Virus record (IMG/VR): IMGVR_UViG_3300007770_001284
Span: 1 to 64,000 of that record
DNA: 64,000 nucleotides
Direction: 5' to 3' (one strand)
This document shows positions 23,205 to 32,247 of the stretch, piece after piece (the stretch's first letter is position 1; the number at the start of each line of letters is the position of its first letter). The notes beneath the pieces were generated by a model. The model was not told where the DNA came from. It worked only from the letters and a program-made list of their open reading frames with translations, and made no database searches. A program made the translations under genes and the position numbers.

Positions 23205-26032
23205 AAACGCAATTTTACGGTGCGGCGCTTACGCGGCGTCTGCAGGAAGAGCGGGAAACAATATTATTTGAATTAGCTAAGGAGAAGAAAAGCTTACGTC
23301 TTTTGTTCGAAGCTTCAGGTAATCCCCAGTTCGATGCGTTAGCTCTTCAATTAGAGCTGATCCAATTAAATGAGTTCATTCTACCTGAAAGTCGCCTTCT
23401 GGTTTCCTGTGGTCTGGATCTAAAGAGTAGAATTGTTGAGGGGACCGTCAGGGAAATTCAAGAATATTATGAGTTAACTGACGAAGAAGCCGAGGTACTA
23501 CGCGAGGGATTTTGGGATGCTGTCCAGTCTGGAATTGGAAACTTTGCGGGTGGCGTTGATAAAGTTTTAAAGAAAGTTAAACTAAAGAAAGAGCCCGCGG
23601 GGTGGGACCAGGCACAAAAGATATTTCAAAAAGTTGCAGAAAAAGAAGGAAACCAAGTAGTCAAAGACCTTGTGAAAGCAATTGACGAGGAAGCCAGAGA
23701 GCTTGAATCAGGTCTCGGTTCTGGAAAGAACGACCTTACTTTTCCGTACAACAAGCATTCAAATGTGTTCCAGTCTGGTGTTAATACAATCGCTTCCGTT
23801 TACGACACCGTTGTCGACGCGACAGACAAAGATGCAGGTGCTGAGGGGTATCTCCCTGTTGAAGTAGCCAACGAGATAATCGAGCAATTGCGGATTATTG
23901 TCAACAAATATATCGCTGATGTTGAACGAGAAAAAGGTGGGATGTACGTTTCTTTCGGAGGAACAGGCGAGGCTATAGCAGACGAAAAAGCATTGCCAGC
24001 TCGAGAAGCCTACACCCGTTACGAAAGATTACTTCAAGAAGCAGAAGAGGGTGAAGCGCAGTTAGACCCAGAAGAGGAATACGAAAAGATTATGCGGGGT
24101 CAAGATTCCCCCACATTTAAGCGTATGTCTTCTATGAAGGCGCCTGTGATTATTGCTGGACTTGGTGTTTCGCTTGCCGCGCTGGGGTGGATGTCACAAA
24201 TGCCCTGGTTCCAGGATCTTATTTTACGGATTCTAGGTCTAGAGAAACCTACAGGCCCAAAGATTGTAGATGAAATCAAGGCCGCACCTCCCTTTCAGTT
24301 TTCGGGTGACTTAAAAAGCGGAGAAGGACTGACACAGTTTTTCGAAAGAGCCGTTGAAGGTGCTCCCGATCTCGGTCCGAATGCATCATCAGATAATTTT
24401 CTTAAAGTTGCTGAAAAGCTCGGCGGGGGTGATCTTGACAAGGGCCTAAAAAATATAGCATCTTTTACAGAGGGTGCAGGTGATCCTGGTGCTGCATACA
24501 CCGCGCTAAAGGGTTTAGCAGATAGTGGCAAGTCAATGCCCATCGGAGAATTCTTCAAACAGGCAACAGAAATGTCTGGCACAGGTGGTACAATTTTTGC
24601 AGTCCACCCTGGTGAGAAGATAGCACAGGGTGTTGCAAAGAAAGTTGTTAAAGAGGTTGTTAAGGGTGGTGTAAAGTCTGCCGGCGGCGGTGGCGCCGCG
24701 GCGGCAGTAGCCACAATGACAGCTGCAGGACCTATTTTAGCCGGTATTGGTCTTGGTGCTGTTGTCGCCGGTGCATCGTTAGCTGCGATCCGACAGCGGG
24801 CCAAGAAAAAATCTCGAATGGGAGTATTGAACGATTTGTTAGCTACGCTGAATTTGGTCGAACCAAAACCGGTGGACCTACCTCCCCAGGAAGATGTAAC
24901 GGTCCAGGTTGTGCTTACCAACCCCGAAGAGGGTGAGGTAGTCGAAGGTCGCAGATACAACAAGTATAGCCTCGTAAATGCCCTGTATGACCCCATGGAC
25001 GAAGCGACGGTGGTGGCCATGGCTGGTCTTGAGGGTGACCCTGACTTAGAGAAGACAGGCGGAAAATTGAGTTTTATGTTACCAAGCGTTGCTTTAACTG
25101 ATCCCGCGCCGAAAGTAGCGGACATCGACGAAATTCCAGATGTCATTAAAGGAATTAATGCTAAGTTACCTGATTTAGATCTGGACGATCCGACGGTAAA
25201 TGTAAAAGTTGTTGACAACAGAAAAGCAAAAAAGACGAAACCAGTTAAGCCTCCCGTTCCAGTTGTTCCTGACAATATTGCAAAGGGAGAGCATGCAGTC
25301 TGCGTATTCACTGTAAAGGATGGTGCAGAGGTATGGAGAATCTTAAAGAAGGTAACGTATAGGAAATATGCTTCTGATGCGAAGAAATCCGGTGATAAGG
25401 ATGCACCAAAGTTTGCTGATCGCTACAAGCGATATGACGATATTCTAGCCAGCCTAAGAGCCGACGGCGTGTTCGTTGATACTCCCGAGCTAGAGAAAGA
25501 GTTAACGCAAATTTCCAGTGGACCTCAGGGAGATCAGTACAAAGCAACCTACACCAGGACCCGAAAGAACAAGAAGACAGGTGAAACCACTCGCAAAAAG
25601 TCAGTGACAGGTGGGTACACAACAGCTGGAGAAGTTGCCTCAATCGGTGATATCAGGAAGAACATTAAGGGTGCAGGAAACAAGCGCCCCCGCGGGGTAG
25701 ACAAGTACACAGTGATTTACCTTGTAGGAAATGATGTACTAAGTGCTGTTGAAAAAGCTGGAATGAGCAAGGACGAGGCAAAGAATATCATCATGGCAGC
25801 CCTGTCAAAATGGTCAAACGACGAAAAGCGTCCTAAGATGAAAGACCTCGGTGTAACAGACGACGCAGTAGCTGGCGTTTTACGGTCGGCTAGCCTTGCA
25901 GAAACCTATCAAATATCTACCGGCCGACAGAGAGTTATGGTGGTAGGTGTGAAACAATTCTCAAAGATCCTAAGAGAAAACCATGCCGCAAATGAATTGG
26001 GAAGGTGGCAAAAGTTAGCAGGGATCAGATGA
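23201..26032 (+). CDS. 943-aa candidate internal head / ejection protein
   Basis: embedded in the leader-gene cluster; two hydrophobic Gly/Ala segments; repeated L/I-x-E sites; ends RWQKLAGIR. The ORF is secure; the function is inferred. Confidence 0.75.
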   Translation: MKTQFYGAALTRRLQEERETILFELAKEKKSLRLLFEASGNPQFDALALQLELIQLNEFILPESRLLVSCGLDLKSRIVEGTVREIQEYYELTDEEAEVLREGFWDAVQSGIGNFAGGVDKVLKKVKLKKEPAGWDQAQKIFQKVAEKEGNQVVKDLVKAIDEEARELESGLGSGKNDLTFPYNKHSNVFQSGVNTIASVYDTVVDATDKDAGAEGYLPVEVANEIIEQLRIIVNKYIADVEREKGGMYVSFGGTGEAIADEKALPAREAYTRYERLLQEAEEGEAQLDPEEEYEKIMRGQDSPTFKRMSSMKAPVIIAGLGVSLAALGWMSQMPWFQDLILRILGLEKPTGPKIVDEIKAAPPFQFSGDLKSGEGLTQFFERAVEGAPDLGPNASSDNFLKVAEKLGGGDLDKGLKNIASFTEGAGDPGAAYTALKGLADSGKSMPIGEFFKQATEMSGTGGTIFAVHPGEKIAQGVAKKVVKEVVKGGVKSAGGGGAAAAVATMTAAGPILAGIGLGAVVAGASLAAIRQRAKKKSRMGVLNDLLATLNLVEPKPVDLPPQEDVTVQVVLTNPEEGEVVEGRRYNKYSLVNALYDPMDEATVVAMAGLEGDPDLEKTGGKLSFMLPSVALTDPAPKVADIDEIPDVIKGINAKLPDLDLDDPTVNVKVVDNRKAKKTKPVKPPVPVVPDNIAKGEHAVCVFTVKDGAEVWRILKKVTYRKYASDAKKSGDKDAPKFADRYKRYDDILASLRADGVFVDTPELEKELTQISSGPQGDQYKATYTRTRKNKKTGETTRKKSVTGGYTTAGEVASIGDIRKNIKGAGNKRPRGVDKYTVIYLVGNDVLSAVEKAGMSKDEAKNIIMAALSKWSNDEKRPKMKDLGVTDDAVAGVLRSASLAETYQISTGRQRVMVVGVKQFSKILRENHAANELGRWQKLAGIR

Positions 26033-26361
26033 AAATCACAAGGCGACAGCTAAGAAGAATAATCAAAGAGCAGATGTCAAACCCACAGGTTGGGTTTAAG
26101 CCGCTGGAGTCTTTCCAGATCCCATATCGCAATTATGGGTATGAGGGTCGTAGGATCATTGATCGAGATCGAGCGTGGCTTGAATTTGTTCCAAAGGGTT
26201 CACCACCAAAGACTCAAGAAGACATGTTTAGAACAGTAACACTTTTAGATAGCGATGATCCAGAAATAGGGCTCGCTATGGCAACTGTGCACGCTCCGAA
26301 GTCTGCCGGTCCGGTGGAAAGCTATGACGTTTACAGCGTATACGCTACCACTACAGGATAA
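26029..26361 (+). CDS. leader-tagged protein (MKITRRQLRRIIKEQ)
   Basis: leader motif; ATGA-coupled. Confidence 0.85.
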   Translation: MKITRRQLRRIIKEQMSNPQVGFKPLESFQIPYRNYGYEGRRIIDRDRAWLEFVPKGSPPKTQEDMFRTVTLLDSDDPEIGLAMATVHAPKSAGPVESYDVYSVYATTTG

Positions 26362-26364
26362 ATA

Positions 26365-26664
26365 ATGAAAATTACTCGCCGCCAGCTTAGAAGAATTATT
26401 AGGGAAGCGATCCACGATCCTGGTGATGATGCGCTTATCGATACCCTTATATTTGGGTGGGAACAGTCGGGCATCGCCGATCCAGATCTCCCCCCCCAGC
26501 GGAAAGGAGACGCAGCTCTGGCATGGGTTTCTAAGAATGAGCCAGATATTGCACGTCAAATTAACGCACTTTCTACTCATAAGCTAAAAGCCTTGTACAG
26601 CGCGGCATTTGACGAAGATGCAGACCGCGGTCATAAAACAAGCGCGATGGACTGGAATAGATAA
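26365..26664 (+). CDS. leader-tagged protein (MKITRRQLRRIIREA)
   Basis: leader motif. Confidence 0.85.
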   Translation: MKITRRQLRRIIREAIHDPGDDALIDTLIFGWEQSGIADPDLPPQRKGDAALAWVSKNEPDIARQINALSTHKLKALYSAAFDEDADRGHKTSAMDWNR

Positions 26665-27041
26665 TGAAAATTACTCGCCGCCAGCTTAGACAGATAATTC
26701 GAGAGTCTATCTTGGAAGAGAGGAAAGGCGCATCAGCATCTGATATCGCTCGTTTCAAACCACAGCTTATTGAGTGGACAGAGATTCTAATCGATGAATT
26801 GGCTGAGGCGGTACCTACTATGAAAGAGATGAGTGAGAAGGCTCGGACAAATATGGTGCGAAGCCTTGCTGACAAAGTTTCTGTTGAGCTAACTGGCTTG
26901 ACAAGCGGCATGAGTTATTCTTCGCAGAAGCGAATTGAAAAAAGAGCTGAGGATAAAGCTCATCAGAAATGGGACAGAGACCGAAGAGCTCGAGCGTCAA
27001 ATGTACGTTATTATGGTGAGTGGGAAGGATTTTCAGGGTAA
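26664..27041 (+). CDS. leader-tagged protein (MKITRRQLRQIIRES)
   Basis: leader motif; the 30 bp around the start are identical to those of the previous gene. Confidence 0.85.
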   Translation: MKITRRQLRQIIRESILEERKGASASDIARFKPQLIEWTEILIDELAEAVPTMKEMSEKARTNMVRSLADKVSVELTGLTSGMSYSSQKRIEKRAEDKAHQKWDRDRRARASNVRYYGEWEGFSG

Positions 27042-27042
27042 A

Positions 27043-27321
27043 ATGAAGATTACAAAAAATCAGATTAGAAGAATTCTCAAAGAAACCATGTACAATTTGT
27101 GGGCAAATTACAGTCCTGAATCGATCAAGGCAGCCGAGGCGGCCTTAAATATTTTAGGCCATGACCCGAACGTTCGCGGTGCAGAAGTTGAAAATGAAAT
27201 TCACAATTATCTAGAGAATACCCTTGGCATGAGCTCATCAAGCGATGAAATTTTTGCTATCGGTGATGAAGCAATGGAAGCAGCAGAAGTGATGCTTGGT
27301 CTTCCGAAGGATACGCTCTAA
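27043..27321 (+). CDS. leader-tagged protein (MKITKNQIRRILKET)
   Basis: leader motif; ATG 27043 in TAAAATG. Confidence 0.82.
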   Translation: MKITKNQIRRILKETMYNLWANYSPESIKAAEAALNILGHDPNVRGAEVENEIHNYLENTLGMSSSSDEIFAIGDEAMEAAEVMLGLPKDTL

Positions 27322-27617
27322 TGAAAATTACCACTAGACAGCTTAGAAGTCTCATCCGCGAAGTTCTTATTAAAGAACAAGTTGTCGGCTATACAGCTCC
27401 AGAAGAAAAAGGGGATGATGACGATGGTGGTGGATACTTAGATGTGGGTGATATGGGAGTTGACATCTCTCAATCGTCTGAGGAAGGAACGCAAGCATCA
27501 GGACAAGCAGTGAAGAGTCTAACGCAGCAGCGACAACAAGATCTAGATACTGGTGATGTCGAGGCAGCCGAATCAGATGAACAACAACTGTCAGCAGCTC
27601 AAAAGATGAGAGGATAA
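27321..27617 (+). CDS. leader-tagged acidic protein (MKITTRQLRSLIRE)
   Basis: leader motif. Confidence 0.85.
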   Translation: MKITTRQLRSLIREVLIKEQVVGYTAPEEKGDDDDGGGYLDVGDMGVDISQSSEEGTQASGQAVKSLTQQRQQDLDTGDVEAAESDEQQLSAAQKMRG

Positions 27618-27618
27618 A

Positions 27619-28242
27619 ATGAAAGTTACAAAAAGACAACTATTAAAGATTATACGCGAAGAGGCCGAAGCGTCAGACGAAGCCGGCTCGGTAACTGTCA
27701 CCACTGAAACTGATGAAGTTGATGAAAATGACGAACAAATGAAGCACGATGATGATGGGGATGTCACGGAATCTTTTCGTAGAGAGCTGCGACGTATCGT
27801 AAGAAAAGAATATCGACGAGGAATCCGTGAGGGCCGGACCGGGCACGCTGTGGGGACTGGCTTTGCAGGATGGAGACCGTCGAGTCGTCCCAATTTTGCA
27901 ACATCATATTCCAGCGAAGCAAAATACGCGGATTCGAGATATCAGACTCATCCCAAGTATAAAACAGGTGAGCTGGATACGCTGGCTGAGGTACAGGGGT
28001 GGACTTCCGAATATACGTTGGAGAGTAACGAGAGTGGTGCTTTGAGAACAAAGGCTCGTATCGATCACGGCTCTGTTGTTGTAGAGTTCGGACATTCAAT
28101 GACTTTAAGACTAGACGCTGACGATACTTTTGCGCTATCTAAATTACTACAGGACGCCGCGAGCAGACTCGCCATCGACGAACGAGAATACATCACATTA
28201 CGTGATCCGCAAGCAGGCGGTCTCACAGAGGAAGACTACTAG
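27619..28242 (+). CDS. leader-tagged protein (MKVTKRQLLKIIREE) with an internal second leader-like segment
   Basis: leader; internal FRRELRRIVRKEY. Confidence 0.85.
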   Translation: MKVTKRQLLKIIREEAEASDEAGSVTVTTETDEVDENDEQMKHDDDGDVTESFRRELRRIVRKEYRRGIREGRTGHAVGTGFAGWRPSSRPNFATSYSSEAKYADSRYQTHPKYKTGELDTLAEVQGWTSEYTLESNESGALRTKARIDHGSVVVEFGHSMTLRLDADDTFALSKLLQDAASRLAIDEREYITLRDPQAGGLTEEDY

Positions 28243-28245
28243 AGC

Positions 28246-28386
28246 ATGGCGAACCCACTTAAAAAAATCCGTGACTGGATGGAATGGAGGGGTCTTACAC
28301 CCAAAGATGCCCTTGGTGCCTTAGTTCCAATGGCTTTCCTGGTTGGAATAACGCTATTGTTTTTATGGGGAGCGTGGCAGGCATGA
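28246..28386 (+). CDS. 46-aa membrane peptide
   Basis: read directly: MANPLKKIRDWMEW...LVGITLLFLWGAWQA. Confidence 0.6.
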   Translation: MANPLKKIRDWMEWRGLTPKDALGALVPMAFLVGITLLFLWGAWQA

Positions 28387-28580
28387 ACCATACGGCACCA
28401 TTGGTGGGAATTCTTTTGATGGCTGGTTGCCCAAAGAAAATCGAAGAAGAAAAACCGGTGCATATTTGGCCTACTGACCCGATTAGACTAGAGCTGCCAG
28501 AAGAAGATTATGATCTAGAAGATTTACCAGAAGCTGGAGAAGATACCGGCGCTAAGGAAGAAAGCAATGAAATTCACTAA
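28383..28580 (+). CDS. small putative lipoprotein
   Basis: MNHTAPLVGILLMAG-C lipobox; ATGA-coupled. Confidence 0.6.
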   Translation: MNHTAPLVGILLMAGCPKKIEEEKPVHIWPTDPIRLELPEEDYDLEDLPEAGEDTGAKEESNEIH

Positions 28581-29262
28581 GCGACAAATTTTAAGAATTA
28601 TACATGAAGAAGTTAAAGGTCTCGAAGATCTTGAAGGCGTTGATAGCATTGAGGGTATCGAATCACCAGTTGACGTCGAAGCAGTTGAAGATGCCTGGGC
28701 TGGTGGCGAGAACATAGTCGAGCCCATGGACCATTCAGAAGCGGGTGGTGGTGAAAAAGAACCAACCACAGGAGTTGAGGTCCAAGAAATAGTCGAACGT
28801 GTTGCTCGTAAACTACGAATCAAGCGGCTTATTAAAGAAATTGATTGGGTTGATCCTATGGCATTCTTACCAGACGCAGAAGCAACAGAACAAGCTTGGG
28901 CTGCAGGAGATAGACTTTCACTCATGATCGATCAGCCGGGTCTAGTTGGCGAAGAAGAACCAGCAGAGGAGAGCGAAGAAGAAATTTCTGAACGGATTCT
29001 TCGAAAGGTACGACTTAAGAAATTAGTGCGGGAAGCAGAAGAAGAAGCTGCTCCAGCTAATCCTGAAGCGAAGACAACAGCAGGGAAAAAAGCTGGTAAA
29101 GCCCTCGATAAAAGTGGCGTTCAACCTTTACTAATCGCGATTGATGAAGCAGGATCAGAGGCAGCAGTGGAAGAAATATTGACTCAACTAATCGGTCAGC
29201 TTTCAGATGATGGGAAAAAGTATCTTAAGAAAGCAATGTCAGATATTATTCGAGCACAATAA
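28567..29262 (+). CDS. leader-tagged acidic protein (MKFTKRQILRIIHEE) with internal repeats of a leader-like segment
   Basis: leader; internal RKLRIKRLIKE and RKVRLKKLVRE; repeated E.AWA.G. Confidence 0.85.
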   Translation: MKFTKRQILRIIHEEVKGLEDLEGVDSIEGIESPVDVEAVEDAWAGGENIVEPMDHSEAGGGEKEPTTGVEVQEIVERVARKLRIKRLIKEIDWVDPMAFLPDAEATEQAWAAGDRLSLMIDQPGLVGEEEPAEESEEEISERILRKVRLKKLVREAEEEAAPANPEAKTTAGKKAGKALDKSGVQPLLIAIDEAGSEAAVEEILTQLIGQLSDDGKKYLKKAMSDIIRAQ

Positions 29263-29270
29263 GAGTACAC

Positions 29271-29549
29271 TCACGCTACTTCTTTTAATATTTTTATAGC
29301 TCTTAATTTTAAGGACTTTGGACAAGCCTTAATAAAAGCTTCTGTCTTACGAGCAGTAGATTGAGATAACCCTGCTATGGAATCAAGCAGCAGGACCGGT
29401 CTTCTTGTTCGAGTGTACTTGGCACCTTTTGTTGAATTATTATGCTCCCATAACCTGCGCTCCAAACCCGTTGTGATGCCGCAGTATAAAGAACCGTCTT
29501 TGCATTCGACCAGATAGACAGACCACAAAATTTCTTTTTTGTATGACAT
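29271..29549 (-). CDS. GIY-YIG nuclease (UPF0213/YhbQ-like)
   Basis: VYLVECKDGSLYCGITT..ERRL.EHN...GAKYTR. Confidence 0.9.
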   Translation of the reverse strand: MSYKKEILWSVYLVECKDGSLYCGITTGLERRLWEHNNSTKGAKYTRTRRPVLLLDSIAGLSQSTARKTEAFIKACPKSLKLRAIKILKEVA

Positions 29550-29866
29550 CTAAAGATAATAAAAGAAAATTCAAACCAGGACAACTGGTCCTTACAGATT
29601 CCCATGCTGGTGTACAGGTGAAGGTAAAGCTTACAAAGCGTGACAGCCAGGATCTGGGGTGGTTCGGGGTCCTCACAGATAAAGAAGATGCCAAGGCGTT
29701 AAAGGAGGCCGGGGTACCTTGGATCGAGCCAGAAAAAGATGAGACCTTTACGTACGACTACCAAATACTTAAACTTGTCTACAGGAGTAGAAAAAAACTA
29801 GAGGTTCGTGAAACTAATGGAAAACGTACTATCCGGAAGCGCAGGTCAAAACGATCAGAAAGATAA
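29543..29866 (+). CDS. hypothetical protein
   Basis: 107 aa; FKPGQLV beta-barrel-like start and a basic tail. Confidence 0.7.
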   Translation: MTSKDNKRKFKPGQLVLTDSHAGVQVKVKLTKRDSQDLGWFGVLTDKEDAKALKEAGVPWIEPEKDETFTYDYQILKLVYRSRKKLEVRETNGKRTIRKRRSKRSER

Positions 29867-29867
29867 A

Positions 29868-30116
29868 ATGATCGGACCATTCGACGCTGCTCGTGAGGAT
29901 GCTTTAAAGTTTATTTGTGGGATGCAAACGTTTTCAACATTTCAAGCTATTGCCGACCGGCTTGCGTTGTTAGATGCGTTGACAAACATGTCACTTATAA
30001 AATCTGGAACGCTTGTAGAATATGAAACCGTTTTAAATCAGCACAACGCCGAGATTAAAGAAATAGAGAGCGTCATTGCAGTATTTTGCTCTCTCCCCGA
30101 TGCACCTCAAGCTTGA
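29868..30116 (+). CDS. hypothetical protein
   Basis: ATG in TAAAATG directly after the upstream stop; trimmed from track ORF 29808. Confidence 0.65.
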   Translation: MIGPFDAAREDALKFICGMQTFSTFQAIADRLALLDALTNMSLIKSGTLVEYETVLNQHNAEIKEIESVIAVFCSLPDAPQA

Positions 30117-31018
30117 GAGTCGATACCGTAGGTAACCTCTACTAAGGCACCCGGATCAGGTGCAGTTGTAAAGAAAACAGTGTTTATCTGCTGATCGTAG
30201 TCCCACGCACTTTCAGCGATCTGGGCCTCGTCTATGAATACTGTGATTGTCTCTATAACAGGAGTGAATGTTAATTCGATTTCTTCAATCGGTTCGTAAG
30301 CCTTACTAGCTTCCTCTACGCCGGGAGTCCAGTCATCATCGCATATATCAACTTCGACTCCATTAAAATCTCTTGCTAATTCAAGGTAAGCTTCCCCCAC
30401 TTGGTCAGCGCAAGAACTTTCATCTAACCCAACGATTGATGCGACATATACCCTAGATCGGATGCTAGTTATCCAATCAGCAAATGTTGCTGCTGTCCAG
30501 CTAAATGACTGTTCATCTTCGTCTGAAACAAACACAACTAGTAAAGCAGCTGTATTACGCATCCAGGTAGATGAGTACGCACCTAGCTCCATGTAAGAAT
30601 GAACTGCTTCGAAACCGGCTTCGCCCCAAGAGCTATAACCAGTGCCAAGTGCGTTTAATGCGTCGGTTGCGTCGACGATATCATCACCAGGCACGAGTGG
30701 AAACGTTGAATTAGAAAGCGCTTCATCAGGATCTGCGCTGATTATTCCCAATCGCCAAGATGTTGTTATTGGCAAACTTGTTAACATTTCTTCCAGTCCC
30801 AACAAAAGCTGCGTGTCATGATTATTCATACTTCCAGATCGATCAATAACCCATAGGATATCGTACCCGTCTGTTTCATCTGGCTGAATAAATGAGTCGA
30901 CCCACAGCTGTGGATACGTCTCAACGGGTACCTCATATGTTAGTATATTATCAGATGTGCACCCAAGCCCACTAAGCAAAGTTGTGGCTAAGAGAAGTAA
31001 AAATGTAAAGCCCCTCAT
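30107..31018 (-). CDS. vWA-domain lipoprotein
   Basis: signal ...LLSGLG-C; ILWVIDRSGSM (MIDAS), VVFVSDEDE; SD AGGAGG. Confidence 0.8.
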   Translation of the reverse strand: MRGFTFLLLLATTLLSGLGCTSDNILTYEVPVETYPQLWVDSFIQPDETDGYDILWVIDRSGSMNNHDTQLLLGLEEMLTSLPITTSWRLGIISADPDEALSNSTFPLVPGDDIVDATDALNALGTGYSSWGEAGFEAVHSYMELGAYSSTWMRNTAALLVVFVSDEDEQSFSWTAATFADWITSIRSRVYVASIVGLDESSCADQVGEAYLELARDFNGVEVDICDDDWTPGVEEASKAYEPIEEIELTFTPVIETITVFIDEAQIAESAWDYDQQINTVFFTTAPDPGALVEVTYGIDSQA

Positions 31019-31063
31019 CTCTTCCTCCTATTTTAACTATAGGAAAAAAAAATCAATTTCCGT

Positions 31064-31092
31064 GTGTACTTTTACCTTGTGGTGATTATCTT
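31064..31092 (+). promoter_or_regulatory. possible promoter for hsp20
   Basis: GTGTAC-N17-TATCTT. Confidence 0.45.
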
Positions 31093-31154
31093 TTATATGT
31101 TCCCCCGGATTGGGGAATTATAAAGATAAAAGTTAATCTGGAGGTAATTTAACA

Positions 31155-31625
31155 ATGAATCTTTTTCCTGTTACTCGTATGAGTATTCTTAATCCCGTCT
31201 CTGAGTTTGATCGTGTTTTTGATGCACTTTTGAATGCAACCACAGCCACCCGTGCTAGCACGGCGGCGGGATCTCCCAGCGCATATGATGATATGCGTAC
31301 GCCTACTATCCCTCGCGCAAATATTCTAGAAAGTAAGGGAGGGTACTCAATCGAGATGGCCGTGCCCGGGTTTTCTCGAGGTGATTTCAACATTTCTGTT
31401 GATGATAATGTACTGACTGTATCCGTCAGCTCTGAAGATACGCCAGAATATACGGACGCTCTAAAGCGACAAGAGTTTAACTACGCCTCATTTGAGCGTA
31501 GCTGGACGTTGCCTGATGGAGTGAGTGCTGGTGGAATTGACGCTGAATATAATTCGGGTATTCTTTCTCTAAGCATTCCTGTTGAGTCTAAGTCTGCGCG
31601 GAAGCTTCAGATTGAAGTTAAGTAA
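31155..31625 (+). CDS. hsp20: small heat-shock protein (Hsp20 / alpha-crystallin)
   Basis: EMAVPGFSRGDF, FERSWTLP, AEYNSGILSLSIP. Confidence 0.93.
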   Translation: MNLFPVTRMSILNPVSEFDRVFDALLNATTATRASTAAGSPSAYDDMRTPTIPRANILESKGGYSIEMAVPGFSRGDFNISVDDNVLTVSVSSEDTPEYTDALKRQEFNYASFERSWTLPDGVSAGGIDAEYNSGILSLSIPVESKSARKLQIEVK

Positions 31626-31645
31626 AAGAACGAATATGTTCTTTC

Positions 31646-31674
31646 AAGCGGCCCGGAATTCCGGGCCGCTTTTG
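31646..31674. terminator. Rho-independent terminator
   Basis: AAGCGGCCCGG-AATT-CCGGGCCGCTT followed by TTT. Confidence 0.9.
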
Positions 31675-31777
31675 TTTGTGCTGCTATATTTAAGCGTGCT
31701 GGATCCTCTTATGTAGACGATTACATTTATTACGAATGCTAAGTTGTGAGTACTAATTTGAAGAAGGAAATTCTGTT

Positions 31778-31948
31778 ATGCAAAACCCAAGGCATTCACA
31801 AACATTATACCACCTGCGAAAGTCGTTATTATCGCTCACAAGAGCAAGAAGCAATGCGTTAGCTGCAGGAAATTTTGAGACTGCGCATGCACTAAAGAAG
31901 TGCATCGAGATTATCACGACTCAGATTAAACTGCAGAATTTAAAATGA
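31778..31948 (+). CDS. 56-aa hypothetical protein
   Basis: SD AAGGA; MQNPRHSQTLY...; ATGA-coupled to the next gene. Confidence 0.6.
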   Translation: MQNPRHSQTLYHLRKSLLSLTRARSNALAAGNFETAHALKKCIEIITTQIKLQNLK

Positions 31949-32247
31949 AAAAGATCAAAGAAGAAATCGGTAGAAATTATAAAACAATCGACCCAACGCC
32001 TATTGACTTTTTCCACGATTCTCGAGTGAGCGTTGAAATATCTCCAACAGGTCTTGGGGACTTCGCTGTGTCGATTACAGCTCCTGAGTTAAAATATAAG
32101 TCTGGTATGAGAAAGTTCGGATCAGAGGAAGAAGCAACAGCGTTTGCAAGAAACGAGTATACTCGTCTGATCACGCAGATTAATAACGCAAATACGCTGG
32201 AAGAACGACTGTTTATTCGAGTTCTTCAACGTCTACAAAGAAAGTGA
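31945..32247 (+). CDS. hypothetical protein
   Basis: 100 aa; converges on the protease gene. Confidence 0.75.
   Translation: MKKIKEEIGRNYKTIDPTPIDFFHDSRVSVEISPTGLGDFAVSITAPELKYKSGMRKFGSEEEATAFARNEYTRLITQINNANTLEERLFIRVLQRLQRK

Noticed and set aside
24295-25311. 338-aa antisense ORF
   Set aside because: Lies wholly opposite the 943-aa gene; low-complexity S/T/P/A translation typical of a shadow frame.
29271-29549. GIY-YIG gene as a mobile homing endonuclease or intron
   Set aside because: Only the ~90-aa catalytic domain (UPF0213-like) is present, with no DNA-binding extension and no interrupted host gene.
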